Assembly: GCA_002731115.1 (NCBI GenBank)
Contig: PBZO01000001.1
Span: 75,096-139,095, forward strand
Length of the DNA stretch: 64,000 bases
Direction of reading: 5' to 3'
From: Candidatus Pacearchaeota archaeon
GTDB taxonomy: Archaea > Nanobdellota > Nanobdellia > Pacearchaeales > GW2011-AR1
Part shown: piece by piece, positions 30,013 through 40,032 of the stretch
How the letters are laid out: each line of letters starts with the position of its first letter
Numbering within the stretch: the first letter of the stretch is position 1
The notes under the pieces: generated by a model
Database searches by the model: none
Told to the model about the DNA's origin: nothing
What the model saw: only the letters and a program-made list of their open reading frames with translations
Position numbers and translations under genes: made by a program

Positions 30013-30405
30013 TTATATATTGTATAGTTTTTTAATTTTCTTAATTAGTTTAATCTCTTTTTTATTTGATTCTATAAGATAAACAATTTTTACTAAAGAA
30101 TTTATATCAAAACTTTTACCAGATATCTCCTTAATTAAATCCTCTCTGTGAGGTTCTAGCTTTCCATTTTCTTTCTTAATTATATTTGATGCTATATTAA
30201 TTAATTTTTTCTTCTCTAATTTTGTTAATAACCAGATATATTCCGGGTTACTAGGAACTATAATTGAAACTTTTTTAGCTAAATGTTTTTTCTTAAAAGG
30301 AATATAAACTAAATTTCCAGATAAAACGACATTTCCTTTTTCAATTTCTCCTTCTAGTTTTTTCTCTTCCTTAGTTATTTTTATTTTCATTCCAAATTTC
30401 TTCAT
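30013..30405 (-). CDS. Hypothetical protein with DUF2080-like N-terminal segment
   Basis: GNVVLSGNLVYIPFKKKHLAKKVSIIVP resembles the DUF2080 pattern. Confidence 0.5.
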   Translation of the reverse strand: MKKFGMKIKITKEEKKLEGEIEKGNVVLSGNLVYIPFKKKHLAKKVSIIVPSNPEYIWLLTKLEKKKLINIASNIIKKENGKLEPHREDLIKEISGKSFDINSLVKIVYLIESNKKEIKLIKKIKKLYNI

Positions 30406-30631
30406 ATTATTTTTCGCAGGAGGGCTAGAATTAATTTAAGAGCCGTCCTAACTCTTTTTTCACAAAATTTTGATTGATTTGGAATATTTAAAATTTAAGG
30501 AGTTAAAATCTACTCTTTTGAATTTCTAATTAATATTGAATATTTTTTCTTGTTAAATGATAATTTGATACTCTAATTTGATTTTTATCCCTTAAGTTAT
30601 CTACAAGTATCCTATCTACAAATAATTCTCT

Positions 30632-31096
30632 TTAGTTATTAAGAATACCGATTTCCTTTTTAAGCAAGCCAATTAAATTTTTCATTTCCTTATCATCTAC
30701 CCGAGGAATAGCTAAAGCAAAATCAAACCCCCTATTATGTGTAAAATATCTCTGATCTATTTTCTTATTTCCCCCTAGAATAAAACCATATCTTAAATGC
30801 GAAAAAATCTCTTTATGTTTTATTACTTTTTCAGAATAAGTTAGAATATCCTGTGTAGAAAAATCCTTATATTTAGTTTCTATTAATACTAAAGGCAATT
30901 CGTTTTTCAAAACCATAATATCTGGTTGGAAATCCATTTGTTCCCTTGCCGGATTTTTGGGTGAATTAGAATAGGATTTATTTTCAGGATTAACAATTGT
31001 ATTATAAATTGAATTTTTCTCTCTTTTAAATTCATATTCAGGAAAGTTTTTTTCTAATTCTCTTACTAATTTTTTTACAAATTTTGTCTTATTCAT
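30632..31096 (-). CDS. PD-(D/E)xK restriction-endonuclease-like protein
   Basis: FQPDIMV...LVLIETK. Confidence 0.65.
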   Translation of the reverse strand: MNKTKFVKKLVRELEKNFPEYEFKREKNSIYNTIVNPENKSYSNSPKNPAREQMDFQPDIMVLKNELPLVLIETKYKDFSTQDILTYSEKVIKHKEIFSHLRYGFILGGNKKIDQRYFTHNRGFDFALAIPRVDDKEMKNLIGLLKKEIGILNN

Positions 31097-31228
31097 TTTC
31101 TTTTAATCTCAAGAATTAATATATTTTTAAAGTTAACTGAAAAATCTCACAAATCAATCTTAGGCATTTTGGTTTTAATAGGCAAGTTAGACTAAAAAGT
31201 TGAATCTATATAACTTCAAGGGTAATTA

Positions 31229-31579
31229 TTATTCTCTGCTTTTTTCTTCTGTAATATTTCTTTTTTTATTACGCCTAAATAACTCGAGTTTCCATGGATG
31301 TGTAAATAATCGATTATTTATTTTCTCATTAATAGAATTAATCATAGATGATTTCAATTCTCTTTGATTAATTAAATCATTCAAATAATCTAATTGTTTT
31401 ATTTCATCTACTTTTGTAGATTTCTCATACTTATGGATTAGAAATTTAGCTACAGGCTCCTCCAGACAAGTAAAGAAATTATCATAAATATTCCCGGGTA
31501 GATAATTGTCTATTCTTAACTTATCATTACTCCGAGGCATTAAATTCTTATTCTTAAGGGTATAATTTTCCTTAGACAT
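31229..31579 (-). CDS. Hypothetical protein
   Basis: 116-aa ORF with upstream TATA-like sequence. Confidence 0.55.
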   Translation of the reverse strand: MSKENYTLKNKNLMPRSNDKLRIDNYLPGNIYDNFFTCLEEPVAKFLIHKYEKSTKVDEIKQLDYLNDLINQRELKSSMINSINEKINNRLFTHPWKLELFRRNKKRNITEEKSRE

Positions 31580-31629
31580 ACAAGGATAAGTGAATCTTGT
31601 CTTTTTAAATTTTCTTTCTTATTTTAATC

Positions 31630-31651
31630 AAAATCACTTGATTGTTTACTT
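31630..31651 (+). repeat. 22-bp direct repeat, copy 1 (AAAATCACTTGATTGTTTACTT)
   Basis: Identical to 36394-36415. Confidence 0.85.
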
Positions 31652-31813
31652 TAAGGATAATTTTTTCTTACTTAAAGAATAAAATAATATAATAATTAAA
31701 ATGATAAGAACAATTAAAAAAGAAGGTGATTAGGTAAGTTTAGATGAAATTACTATATAATGACAACTAATCAAAAGATTTATAAATACTAATATTTTTT
31801 CATTTTAATAAAA

Positions 31814-32293
31814 ATGATATCCTTAAAAAATATTGGAAAAAAAGCAATTATAACCTTGGCCATGCTTGTAGCATTTATGGGGAATGTTTTTGCCGAACAA
31901 AGTACTTTTTCAAAAATTAAAGATTTAGAAGGAAAAATAGCTTCAAATTGCATTAAATCTAAAAAAATATGCTTAGATATTCCAATAGGAAATAAATTAT
32001 ATGCTAGTATAATTACAGAAGACTATCTTTCTACAAAAGCTAAACCAGATGTATTCCAATTATCAATAAGTAACAAAAAAGGTCAATTAGAATATTTTGT
32101 TGATAGTTATCCTGCAGGAATTCAAAGACCAAATACAATAAAAGAAGATTTTTTTAGAAAGTTAGATTTAAAAACGTCAAGAATCTCTAGAAGCAATTTA
32201 CTTTATAGTATGAATAATAAAGATATAAAAAAACTTAATGAACTATATTTGAAAAGATTAGAACAAGTTTATGATTCTTTACCTAAAAAATGA
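31814..32293 (+). CDS. Secreted hypothetical protein
   Basis: Sec signal ending VFA-E. Confidence 0.75.
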   Translation: MISLKNIGKKAIITLAMLVAFMGNVFAEQSTFSKIKDLEGKIASNCIKSKKICLDIPIGNKLYASIITEDYLSTKAKPDVFQLSISNKKGQLEYFVDSYPAGIQRPNTIKEDFFRKLDLKTSRISRSNLLYSMNNKDIKKLNELYLKRLEQVYDSLPKK

Positions 32294-33231
32294 TTAATAG
32301 AAGAAATTTTATGAAACTTGCGAGTTTTGGGGTAGTAGGTTTTATAACTTCAAAACATCTAATCTCGGAAAGTAGAATGCCTAAAGAGTTTCAAAATTTA
32401 GCTTCTCCAGATTATGATAAAGTGTTTCATAGTGAGATTGAATGGGAAAATGTTTCTAAAGGCCTTGATTTTTCTAGGGTAAGAGTATATAGAAATAAAA
32501 AATTAATTGATATAATAGCTGCCCTGAAAATTGATCCTATTCATAATAATATAAAAGTATTTAATGGTTATAACTATAAAGATAATGTTGAAGTACATAA
32601 TATTGAGGGGTGGCAAAAAAAGACTGGAGCAATAGCAATGATAAATAGTGCTCAATATATGGCTGATCCTTATTATAAACCAGTTGCTCTTGTGATTTGT
32701 GATGGAAAACAAAAAGGACCTAAGCATAATAGATATTCTAGAGGAATGTTAGTTGCAGAACCAAGAAAAGATTTAGGAAATAAATTAAAAAAGATAGATT
32801 TACTAGATTTTGATTATGACAAATTTGATTATAAAACTACTCCTTATTTACAAGGAGTTCAACACTGGCCAATTTTAATAGATAGGAAAGGTAAAATAAA
32901 AGTGAAAAAATCATTATGGCAAGCAAATAGGACAATTGTTGCAAAAGATAAAGATGATAAGATATTATTTTTAACAACAGAGGGAGGTTATTTTACATTG
33001 TATAATTTTGGGAGATTTTTGAAAGATAGCAATCAAAGAAAAAATAAGGGATTCAATATTCATACTGCAATGAATATGGATGGAGGTTATGAAGCAAATA
33101 TGGTAGTTAAAACACCAAAATTATCCTATATTACTTATGGTGAGTTTGAAACTTACGGACCTAATAATGATGCAACTATATTTGGTTTAAAGATAAAAAT
33201 TCCTGGAGCAATAGGAGTCTTTCCAAGATAG
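32290..33231 (+). CDS. Phosphodiester glycosidase (NAGPA/DUF2233) family protein with twin-arginine signal
   Basis: NRRNFMK; AMINS, NRTIVA, AMNMDGG motifs. Confidence 0.75.
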   Translation: MINRRNFMKLASFGVVGFITSKHLISESRMPKEFQNLASPDYDKVFHSEIEWENVSKGLDFSRVRVYRNKKLIDIIAALKIDPIHNNIKVFNGYNYKDNVEVHNIEGWQKKTGAIAMINSAQYMADPYYKPVALVICDGKQKGPKHNRYSRGMLVAEPRKDLGNKLKKIDLLDFDYDKFDYKTTPYLQGVQHWPILIDRKGKIKVKKSLWQANRTIVAKDKDDKILFLTTEGGYFTLYNFGRFLKDSNQRKNKGFNIHTAMNMDGGYEANMVVKTPKLSYITYGEFETYGPNNDATIFGLKIKIPGAIGVFPR

Positions 33232-33239
33232 AATTGAAA

Positions 33240-35573
33240 TTAGAATAAGTCAAATGCACCTGTTTCTTTTATCCACTTATTTGTTGTCATTCTAATTAAT
33301 GCATTAATCCTACTGTTTCTATTAGTTGTTGGTTCTCTGTATTCAAAAGGTTTATATGTTTTTTCTCTTCCTTTTCCTTGTATTTCAATTATTTTTCCCC
33401 CTTTTTTTATTTTATATTTTGCTCCTGTTAGATATGCTTTTCCGGCTCCTTCTCCACTATTGTAATAAAAAGATGTCCAAAAATATTTTTCATCATTTGT
33501 TAATTTTTTAAATTCTTCTTCTCCAAAATATTTTTTAAAATCTTTTTCAAAAATATATTTTCTATGTGCGGTTACTCCTGCTAATCCTTCTAAACCATCT
33601 TTTAAATTATTAAAGTCTCCTGCAGATACTCGCTTCCCATGTTCATTATACTTATTTTTTTTAATTATATTAATATTAGGAGAAATAAATCTTCCTGATT
33701 GTAATCTTTGAATTTCAATAGGATCTCCTAGAAAATCAGTTCCTAAAAGTTCAAATCCACTAACAGGAGCATAATGATCATTATAATATTCATACTCCAT
33801 ATATCCATATTTACTAGGATTTCCTACTCCTTCTAACATTAATGTCGTAAAGACTTCAGAAGGAGTAATCTTAACTCCATATTTATTTTTATTAGCTTTT
33901 TCTGTAGCCTCATAAACCCATTTAACTAAGTCTTCTTCTTCTTCAGAATTCATATATCCAAAAAATTTTCTTGGTCTTATATTCCAATTATCTTGTATTT
34001 CTTGTTTTAATTTATCTCTTGATTCTATATCCATATTTTTAACTTTTTCTATAGTATTTTGCCAAGGTAAATTATGATTAACCTGGACAGATCCATCTTT
34101 ATTACTAAGCACAAAACCATTTAATTTATATTCATTATTAAAATTCATATCATGGGAGATTCCTCTAGAATCATCTGATTTAGCATATAAATTATATTCA
34201 TAAGAGGTAATTGTAACCACACCATTTTTTATTTTAAAATCTCCTTCATGTTTAACATTAAATGATAAGTCTTTACTATTAGAATCTTTTTCTATTTCTA
34301 CAAATCCCTCATCTAATGTTATTTCAAAATCCCCTTGTTTTTGAATTGGAGTTCCTCTAATATTTTTGGTAAATTTTAGTTCAGGAAAGATATTATTTCC
34401 CTCCTTTAAAATTGATTTAAAACCATGACCTTTTAATGAAATTTTGTTTTGTCCATAACTAAAACAATTTTCTCCCCAGTATTTTTCACAACTTTCACCA
34501 TAAAATATATCTAAATCACCTCTACGAACTTCATGTTTAATATTGTCAATAACCGCGTTAGTTTTTTCCCAGACCTTTATTATTTTACTATTTTTGGAGA
34601 GAGTTATTTTTCCTTTATCATTTTTATTTACACCTTTAATATTATTGCCATTAATGTTAAAATTTTCTCCATCAATATGATAATTTCCTTGAGAATCTTC
34701 TTCAATTGAAATTGGGAAAAAATCCACTAAAGATTTAACTTCAATATATTTCCCTTTATTTTTTCCTGAAGAATCTAGTAATTTTTTCTTAAATTTAAAA
34801 GAGTATCCTTCTCCACTCCAACCACTCCCATAAATCTTTACTTTTCCACCTTCATAATAAATATGTTGTCCTTCTGAAACATCATATTGAATTTCATTAA
34901 AAACAAAAGAAGTATCTGCACTTGCTATTAAGTTCGCCCTTACAATTTCACCACCTTCATTTAATTCAATATAGGTTGGATTACCTGCATCATCTTGGGC
35001 CATAACTCTTTTAAAATCACTATCACCTATTTTTGCATATCCTCTTTTTTTTGTAAAAGTTATTGTTGCAACACCTAAACTATTCTCTCTTTCTTTTTTA
35101 TTAAAAACACTTAATTCAACATTTTTAACAATAATATCCTCTTTATTCAAACCAAAAATGTCCCCCACTTCAATTTCTTCTTCGCTAGGTTTAATAATCC
35201 CACTTTCTATCTCCCCATTTTCATCAATTTTTAAATCAACAAGTTCTGCACCTGCTTCTCTGTATAAATCAAGCTGTTGATAAGTAGAAATAATTTTTTG
35301 AACTTCTGGACCTGCTGCTTTTATAGCTTCACCATAAACCTGTCCCATAGCTTTTTGTTCCATTATGGTTTGCATACAAGCACTTGCTACAACTCCAGTT
35401 GCACATTGTGCTATGGTTTTAATTTCCATAATTTGATCAGCCATACTAATAACTCGTGCTGCTTGAGGATTTGCAGCACTAACTCCTTGCTTCCATAAAG
35501 TAGAAAGAGCACTAGCACTAACAATTCCAATTAACAAACCAGATACAATTAAAAAAACTAATATTTTCTTCAT
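33240..35573 (-). CDS. Large secreted protein; C-terminal domain possibly lysozyme/lytic-transglycosylase-like
   Basis: Signal peptide, beta-rich middle region, C-terminal TLMLEG...LLGTD...FYYNSGEG. Confidence 0.6.
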   Translation of the reverse strand: MKKILVFLIVSGLLIGIVSASALSTLWKQGVSAANPQAARVISMADQIMEIKTIAQCATGVVASACMQTIMEQKAMGQVYGEAIKAAGPEVQKIISTYQQLDLYREAGAELVDLKIDENGEIESGIIKPSEEEIEVGDIFGLNKEDIIVKNVELSVFNKKERENSLGVATITFTKKRGYAKIGDSDFKRVMAQDDAGNPTYIELNEGGEIVRANLIASADTSFVFNEIQYDVSEGQHIYYEGGKVKIYGSGWSGEGYSFKFKKKLLDSSGKNKGKYIEVKSLVDFFPISIEEDSQGNYHIDGENFNINGNNIKGVNKNDKGKITLSKNSKIIKVWEKTNAVIDNIKHEVRRGDLDIFYGESCEKYWGENCFSYGQNKISLKGHGFKSILKEGNNIFPELKFTKNIRGTPIQKQGDFEITLDEGFVEIEKDSNSKDLSFNVKHEGDFKIKNGVVTITSYEYNLYAKSDDSRGISHDMNFNNEYKLNGFVLSNKDGSVQVNHNLPWQNTIEKVKNMDIESRDKLKQEIQDNWNIRPRKFFGYMNSEEEEDLVKWVYEATEKANKNKYGVKITPSEVFTTLMLEGVGNPSKYGYMEYEYYNDHYAPVSGFELLGTDFLGDPIEIQRLQSGRFISPNINIIKKNKYNEHGKRVSAGDFNNLKDGLEGLAGVTAHRKYIFEKDFKKYFGEEEFKKLTNDEKYFWTSFYYNSGEGAGKAYLTGAKYKIKKGGKIIEIQGKGREKTYKPFEYREPTTNRNSRINALIRMTTNKWIKETGAFDLF

Positions 35574-36328
35574 TGTTCTATTACAAATACATAAGTTAAT
35601 TTATTTTCTGAATAATCTTCTTTTTCTGAAATAAAAAACCAGATTATATTATTTTCAAAAATAGAGACATTAAGAATAGGAATAGATTTTATCTCAACAT
35701 TATTTTTTTTAGATATCTTATCTAAACATGTTAAACATACTGCTCCTGGATTTTTTGAATATGAATTTACAATCTCTTTAGAAACACCATATAAATTTTG
35801 AATATTGGTATCAATACTTGTTTCAAATTCTTTTAATTGTATTTTAGTTTCTCCTTTTTGAATTGTTATTGGATAATCCATTTTAATATTTGCTTCTTTT
35901 GTATTTATTTTTGCTGAAACTGAATAATTTATTATATTAATATCAAATCCTTGTTTTTTAAAATTGTTTAGATTAAAACATCCTTCTAAATTTTCAGAAA
36001 CATAACCTCCAAATTCATCTTCAATTAAATTTATTGAAGGAATATTATTTTCTGAGTTTATATAATAATAAGGAATTTCTTCAGTGAAATAAGTTATAGA
36101 AGTTTCATTAGGAACATTATAATATCCTCCATGTAATGCTATTTGATAAATCCCTTCCTTACTTATATCTTCTAAACAAGATAAAAAACTAGTATAAACA
36201 GGTTCAATATTTGCAGGGATTCCACTAATTTTAATAGAATCTTTAAATGCAAAATAACCCACAGTTGCTCCAATAATAACTATTGCAATTATTATAAAAA
36301 TTGTAACCTGGCCTCTTTTATTAATCAT
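35570..36328 (-). CDS. Pilin-like protein with class III signal peptide
   Basis: MINKRG/QVTIFIIIAIVII N-terminus. Confidence 0.7.
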   Translation of the reverse strand: MINKRGQVTIFIIIAIVIIGATVGYFAFKDSIKISGIPANIEPVYTSFLSCLEDISKEGIYQIALHGGYYNVPNETSITYFTEEIPYYYINSENNIPSINLIEDEFGGYVSENLEGCFNLNNFKKQGFDINIINYSVSAKINTKEANIKMDYPITIQKGETKIQLKEFETSIDTNIQNLYGVSKEIVNSYSKNPGAVCLTCLDKISKKNNVEIKSIPILNVSIFENNIIWFFISEKEDYSENKLTYVFVIEQ

Positions 36329-36393
36329 TAAAAAATATAGGAAACTTAGTATATAAAATTTGATAATTTTCTATTTTATTTAAATATTTCTAA

Positions 36394-36415
36394 AAAATCA
36401 CTTGATTGTTTACTT
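36394..36415 (+). repeat. 22-bp direct repeat, copy 2
   Basis: Identical to 31630-31651. Confidence 0.85.
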
Positions 36416-36734
36416 AGTAGTTTTCTTAGTAAAATAGCCCATTTTTCCTAGTTCGCCCAATACAGGTTGTACGAATGATTGCTGTGTAGCGAGCTGTTCC
36501 TTTGATATGTCCCTTTTTATCTTTCAAATATCCAAATTATTTCTTTTATATGATTAATACCTAAGGAAGAGAGGTTGTTATTGTTTTGAAAAAAGATGAT
36601 CTAAGGGTTACAAAATTCTTTTCTAAAATCTTCTTTAAACAGGTATTACTCTCCATCTCTCATAACCTTACTTTTTTGAAAATTATTATTTGGGATTATG
36701 TTCACTTAGGTTAACTTAATTACCTTATTCTGCC

Positions 36735-37046
36735 TTATATTTTAAAAAATCGTTTTTTTTTAGAATTATCCATAACTGTCTTTTCAAAAGATGACTCAAC
36801 TAATCCATTATCTTTTTCTAATTTATTTAATTCTTTAATTGTTAGTCTGCTCCTTTTATTTACAGAGTAGCTCCATTCTTTTTCATTATTTAATTTCTTC
36901 TCCATTACAGGATTTTTGAGTAAATTAGAATAGGATTTATTTTCAACTATTCCGAAATTATAAACCTCCGAAAGACGTTCTTGTTGATCAATTCCTAATT
37001 CATTTTTAGTTCTAAACTGATATGTGTACTTATAATTATTTTTCAT
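36735..37046 (-). CDS. Hypothetical protein
   Basis: 103-aa ORF. Confidence 0.55.
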   Translation of the reverse strand: MKNNYKYTYQFRTKNELGIDQQERLSEVYNFGIVENKSYSNLLKNPVMEKKLNNEKEWSYSVNKRSRLTIKELNKLEKDNGLVESSFEKTVMDNSKKKRFFKI

Positions 37047-37121
37047 TTAATCTTAAAAAAATCATCCTTTTTAAAGATTGCTATAAAAAAATATATTCTT
37101 TTTAACTAATTTTAATTAAAA

Positions 37122-37403
37122 TTAATAATTTTCCTTATTTTCTTTCAAAAAATGAGAAGTGAGATATATTATAATAATACTTACAATTGTTATAAATGTT
37201 GATGTAAGAATGCTTAGGCTTGTTGATCCTTTCACATCAATAATTAATTGGACAAGTGCTTGGGACACATCAAATAATGTTTGACGCCATGTAAATGCAA
37301 TTGTAAAACCGAGTGTTAATACAATTAAAAGACGTACTTGTTTCTTAAATTCCTTCTCAAACCTCTTCCCCCCAATAAAAAAATTATATAATTTATCTCT
37401 CAT
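37122..37403 (-). CDS. Small two-TM protein (DUF5654-like)
   Basis: LTLGFTIAFTWR...; two TM helices. Confidence 0.6.
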   Translation of the reverse strand: MRDKLYNFFIGGKRFEKEFKKQVRLLIVLTLGFTIAFTWRQTLFDVSQALVQLIIDVKGSTSLSILTSTFITIVSIIIIYLTSHFLKENKENY

Positions 37404-37515
37404 TTCTAATTTAATTAAAAAGTAAAATAAGGTTTATAACTTTTCCTAATTTTAATTAATTTTTAATTTATTGGAAAAGATTGTGCACTTAGGTTATCTT
37501 TGTGAACTTTAATAA

Positions 37516-37598
37516 AAGGCTGTCCAAAAAACAAACAGCTGTTTAAGACTGTTTGGACAGCTTACTAAACAGTGTTTTTTGTGTTTAAACAGCTGTTT
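37516..37598. repeat. Palindrome cluster: AAACAGCTGTTT x2 with flanking inverted repeat GCTGTCCAAA/TTTGGACAGC
   Basis: Palindromes at 37533-37544 and 37587-37598; IR at 37519-37528 and 37552-37561; 37516-37545 identical to 37975-38004. Confidence 0.9.
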
Positions 37599-37714
37599 TT
37601 CACAAAAAGATTAACTATTTTTAGAGTGTTTTTCTTCAAGTTTTTAGACGATAAAATCAATATTTTGTCGTCGTAAACAAAAGATTTTTAAAGATTATTT
37701 TGCAAGATAGTAGT

Positions 37715-38326
37715 ATGTTTGGTTGGTTTTTTAGGAAAAAAGAGTTTGAAGAAATAAAAAGTGAAACAAAAAAAGGTTTTGATTTTGTAAAAAAAGATAT
37801 TCTTTCTATTAGTGGATGGATTAAATACCTTGATTCTGAAAAAAATATACAAAAAAATGAGATTGAAGAGATAAAAGAAGTTTTATCTTCTGTAAAAAAA
37901 GATATTGAAGAACTAAAAAATACTCTAAAAAATGATGAAAATGATCAACAAATGAGAGTTTTTAAAACACCTAGAAGGCTGTCCAAAAAACAAACAGCTG
38001 TTTATGCTGTTCAAACAGCTGTTCAAACAGCTGTTCAAACACCAAATTTTGACCAATTTTCAATAACTGAAAAAGCAATTCTTTGGATATTATTAAATTC
38101 AGATATGAAATTAAGTTACGATGATTTGGCAGCTATGTTGGGTAAAGAAAGATCTACTATTAGAGGTCAAATTAACTCAATAAAACAGAAGGTTAAGGGG
38201 TTGATAGAGGAAATAATTGAAAAAAGTGGTAAAAAGAGATTATCCATACCTGAAAATATGAAGGAAAAATTATTGAAAAAGTCAAAAGTGAGTATTAAAT
38301 CCTCTAAAAAGGTGAAAAAAAGGTGA
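37715..38326 (+). CDS. Coiled-coil + winged-helix DNA-binding protein with AVQT-repeat linker
   Basis: Likely start ATG 37715 (MFGWFFRKK); C-terminal LSYDDLAAMLGKERSTIRGQINSIK HTH plus wing. Confidence 0.8.
   Translation: MFGWFFRKKEFEEIKSETKKGFDFVKKDILSISGWIKYLDSEKNIQKNEIEEIKEVLSSVKKDIEELKNTLKNDENDQQMRVFKTPRRLSKKQTAVYAVQTAVQTAVQTPNFDQFSITEKAILWILLNSDMKLSYDDLAAMLGKERSTIRGQINSIKQKVKGLIEEIIEKSGKKRLSIPENMKEKLLKKSKVSIKSSKKVKKR
37975..38041 (+). repeat. Intragenic repeat block: 30-bp copy of upstream site plus 3x GCTGTTCAAACA
   Basis: Tandem 12-mers at 38006-38017, 38018-38029, 38030-38041. Confidence 0.9.
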
Positions 38327-38517
38327 AAAATCGCTTAAAAAATTAAGAAAAGTGAGGGTTAAAAAAATAAAAATAATCCTAAAAACAATAAAATGAGAGT
38401 ATTTTGAATAAAAATGTAGTGGGTAAAAGAATAAACCTTTAAAAATCTAAAAAATAACCAATATAGTTAGGTACTTATTCGGTAAAGAGGGTAATTTCAA
38501 TACCTGTAAATTTTATA

Positions 38518-39174
<657 letters not shown>

Positions 39175-39205
39175 CTAAATTTAAAAATTAAAGAGTATAA
39201 AAGGT

Positions 39206-39505
39206 TTAATGTTGTATGGATTGTACCAATCCTTCTGCTGACTGGCTATTTTTATATGCAAGGTAAGTTATATTACTTAATTTCCATCTAGATCTTCTCT
39301 TATAAGAAATTCCCTTGGGGTTTTTCTTTATTTCAACAATTAATTTTTTACCCCTTAATTCTATTAAAAGATTCTTAACAAATTCTTCATCGCGAGCAAT
39401 TTCTCTTGAAATTTCAGATGTAAAAAAAGACTTTGGAGTCTCTAAATAAAGAAATGCTAAAATTTGTTCAAAAATTTTCTCTCTTTTTATTTTAGATATT
39501 TTCAT
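39206..39505 (-). CDS. Small winged-helix protein
   Basis: FTSEISREIARDEEFVKNLLIELRGKKLIV...RWKL. Confidence 0.75.
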   Translation of the reverse strand: MKISKIKREKIFEQILAFLYLETPKSFFTSEISREIARDEEFVKNLLIELRGKKLIVEIKKNPKGISYKRRSRWKLSNITYLAYKNSQSAEGLVQSIQH

Positions 39506-39550
39506 AGATTAAAAAAGAAATAGTTTTTTTTAAAGGTTCTTAATCTAAAA

Positions 39551-39970
39551 TTATTCTTTTTTTTCTTGTTCATTAGAAACTCTTGGTAAATTAATATGGG
39601 GTGGCAAATTCATCTCATCTTCTAATTGTAATGCCTTTATCGTAGATCTCCTTAAAATAATATTAAATAAAGCTATTCTAAATCCTTCAGGTATTTTCTT
39701 ATCTTTCCATTGTTTTATAATATCTTTTGAAATTTTAGGGTTTGTTGTAACAAGAATACTCCCATTTAACTCTACTTTTGCAATATTTTGGGAATAATTA
39801 ACAATATAACTAAATTTAATACCTATAATTTCCTCTTTTGATTTAAGAAAATCAGATTTAACTTGTTTTATATCAGAAATATCTATATTTGTATTCATTT
39901 TTAACTTTTCAAGATTATCTGAAAATTTTTCTATATTTATCTTCATAAAGTTAAATCCGAGTATTTTCAT
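39551..39970 (-). CDS. Conserved archaeal hypothetical protein (possibly SecB-like fold)
   Basis: Four predicted beta strands then helices, ending in NLPPHINLP; fold is a guess. Confidence 0.6.
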   Translation of the reverse strand: MKILGFNFMKINIEKFSDNLEKLKMNTNIDISDIKQVKSDFLKSKEEIIGIKFSYIVNYSQNIAKVELNGSILVTTNPKISKDIIKQWKDKKIPEGFRIALFNIILRRSTIKALQLEDEMNLPPHINLPRVSNEQEKKE

Positions 39971-40032
39971 TTTATTATTTAATTTAAAAAGTATTTATAA
40001 GGGTTTCGATTATATTAAGAAATTTATATTTA

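Noticed and set aside
36421-36540. GC-richer intergenic stretch as a possible ncRNA
   Set aside because: No convincing stems. The minus strand reads like a gene fragment (ISKEQLATQQSFVQPVLGELGKMGYF) without a start, so it is more likely a remnant.
25966-37403. Integron (integrase plus cassette array)
   Set aside because: The recombinase is 277 aa and lacks the IntI-specific insertion. Candidate attC-like segments at about 30447-30510 and 31131-31192 do not fit RYYYAAC/GTTRRRY with internal symmetry, and the genes have mixed orientation.
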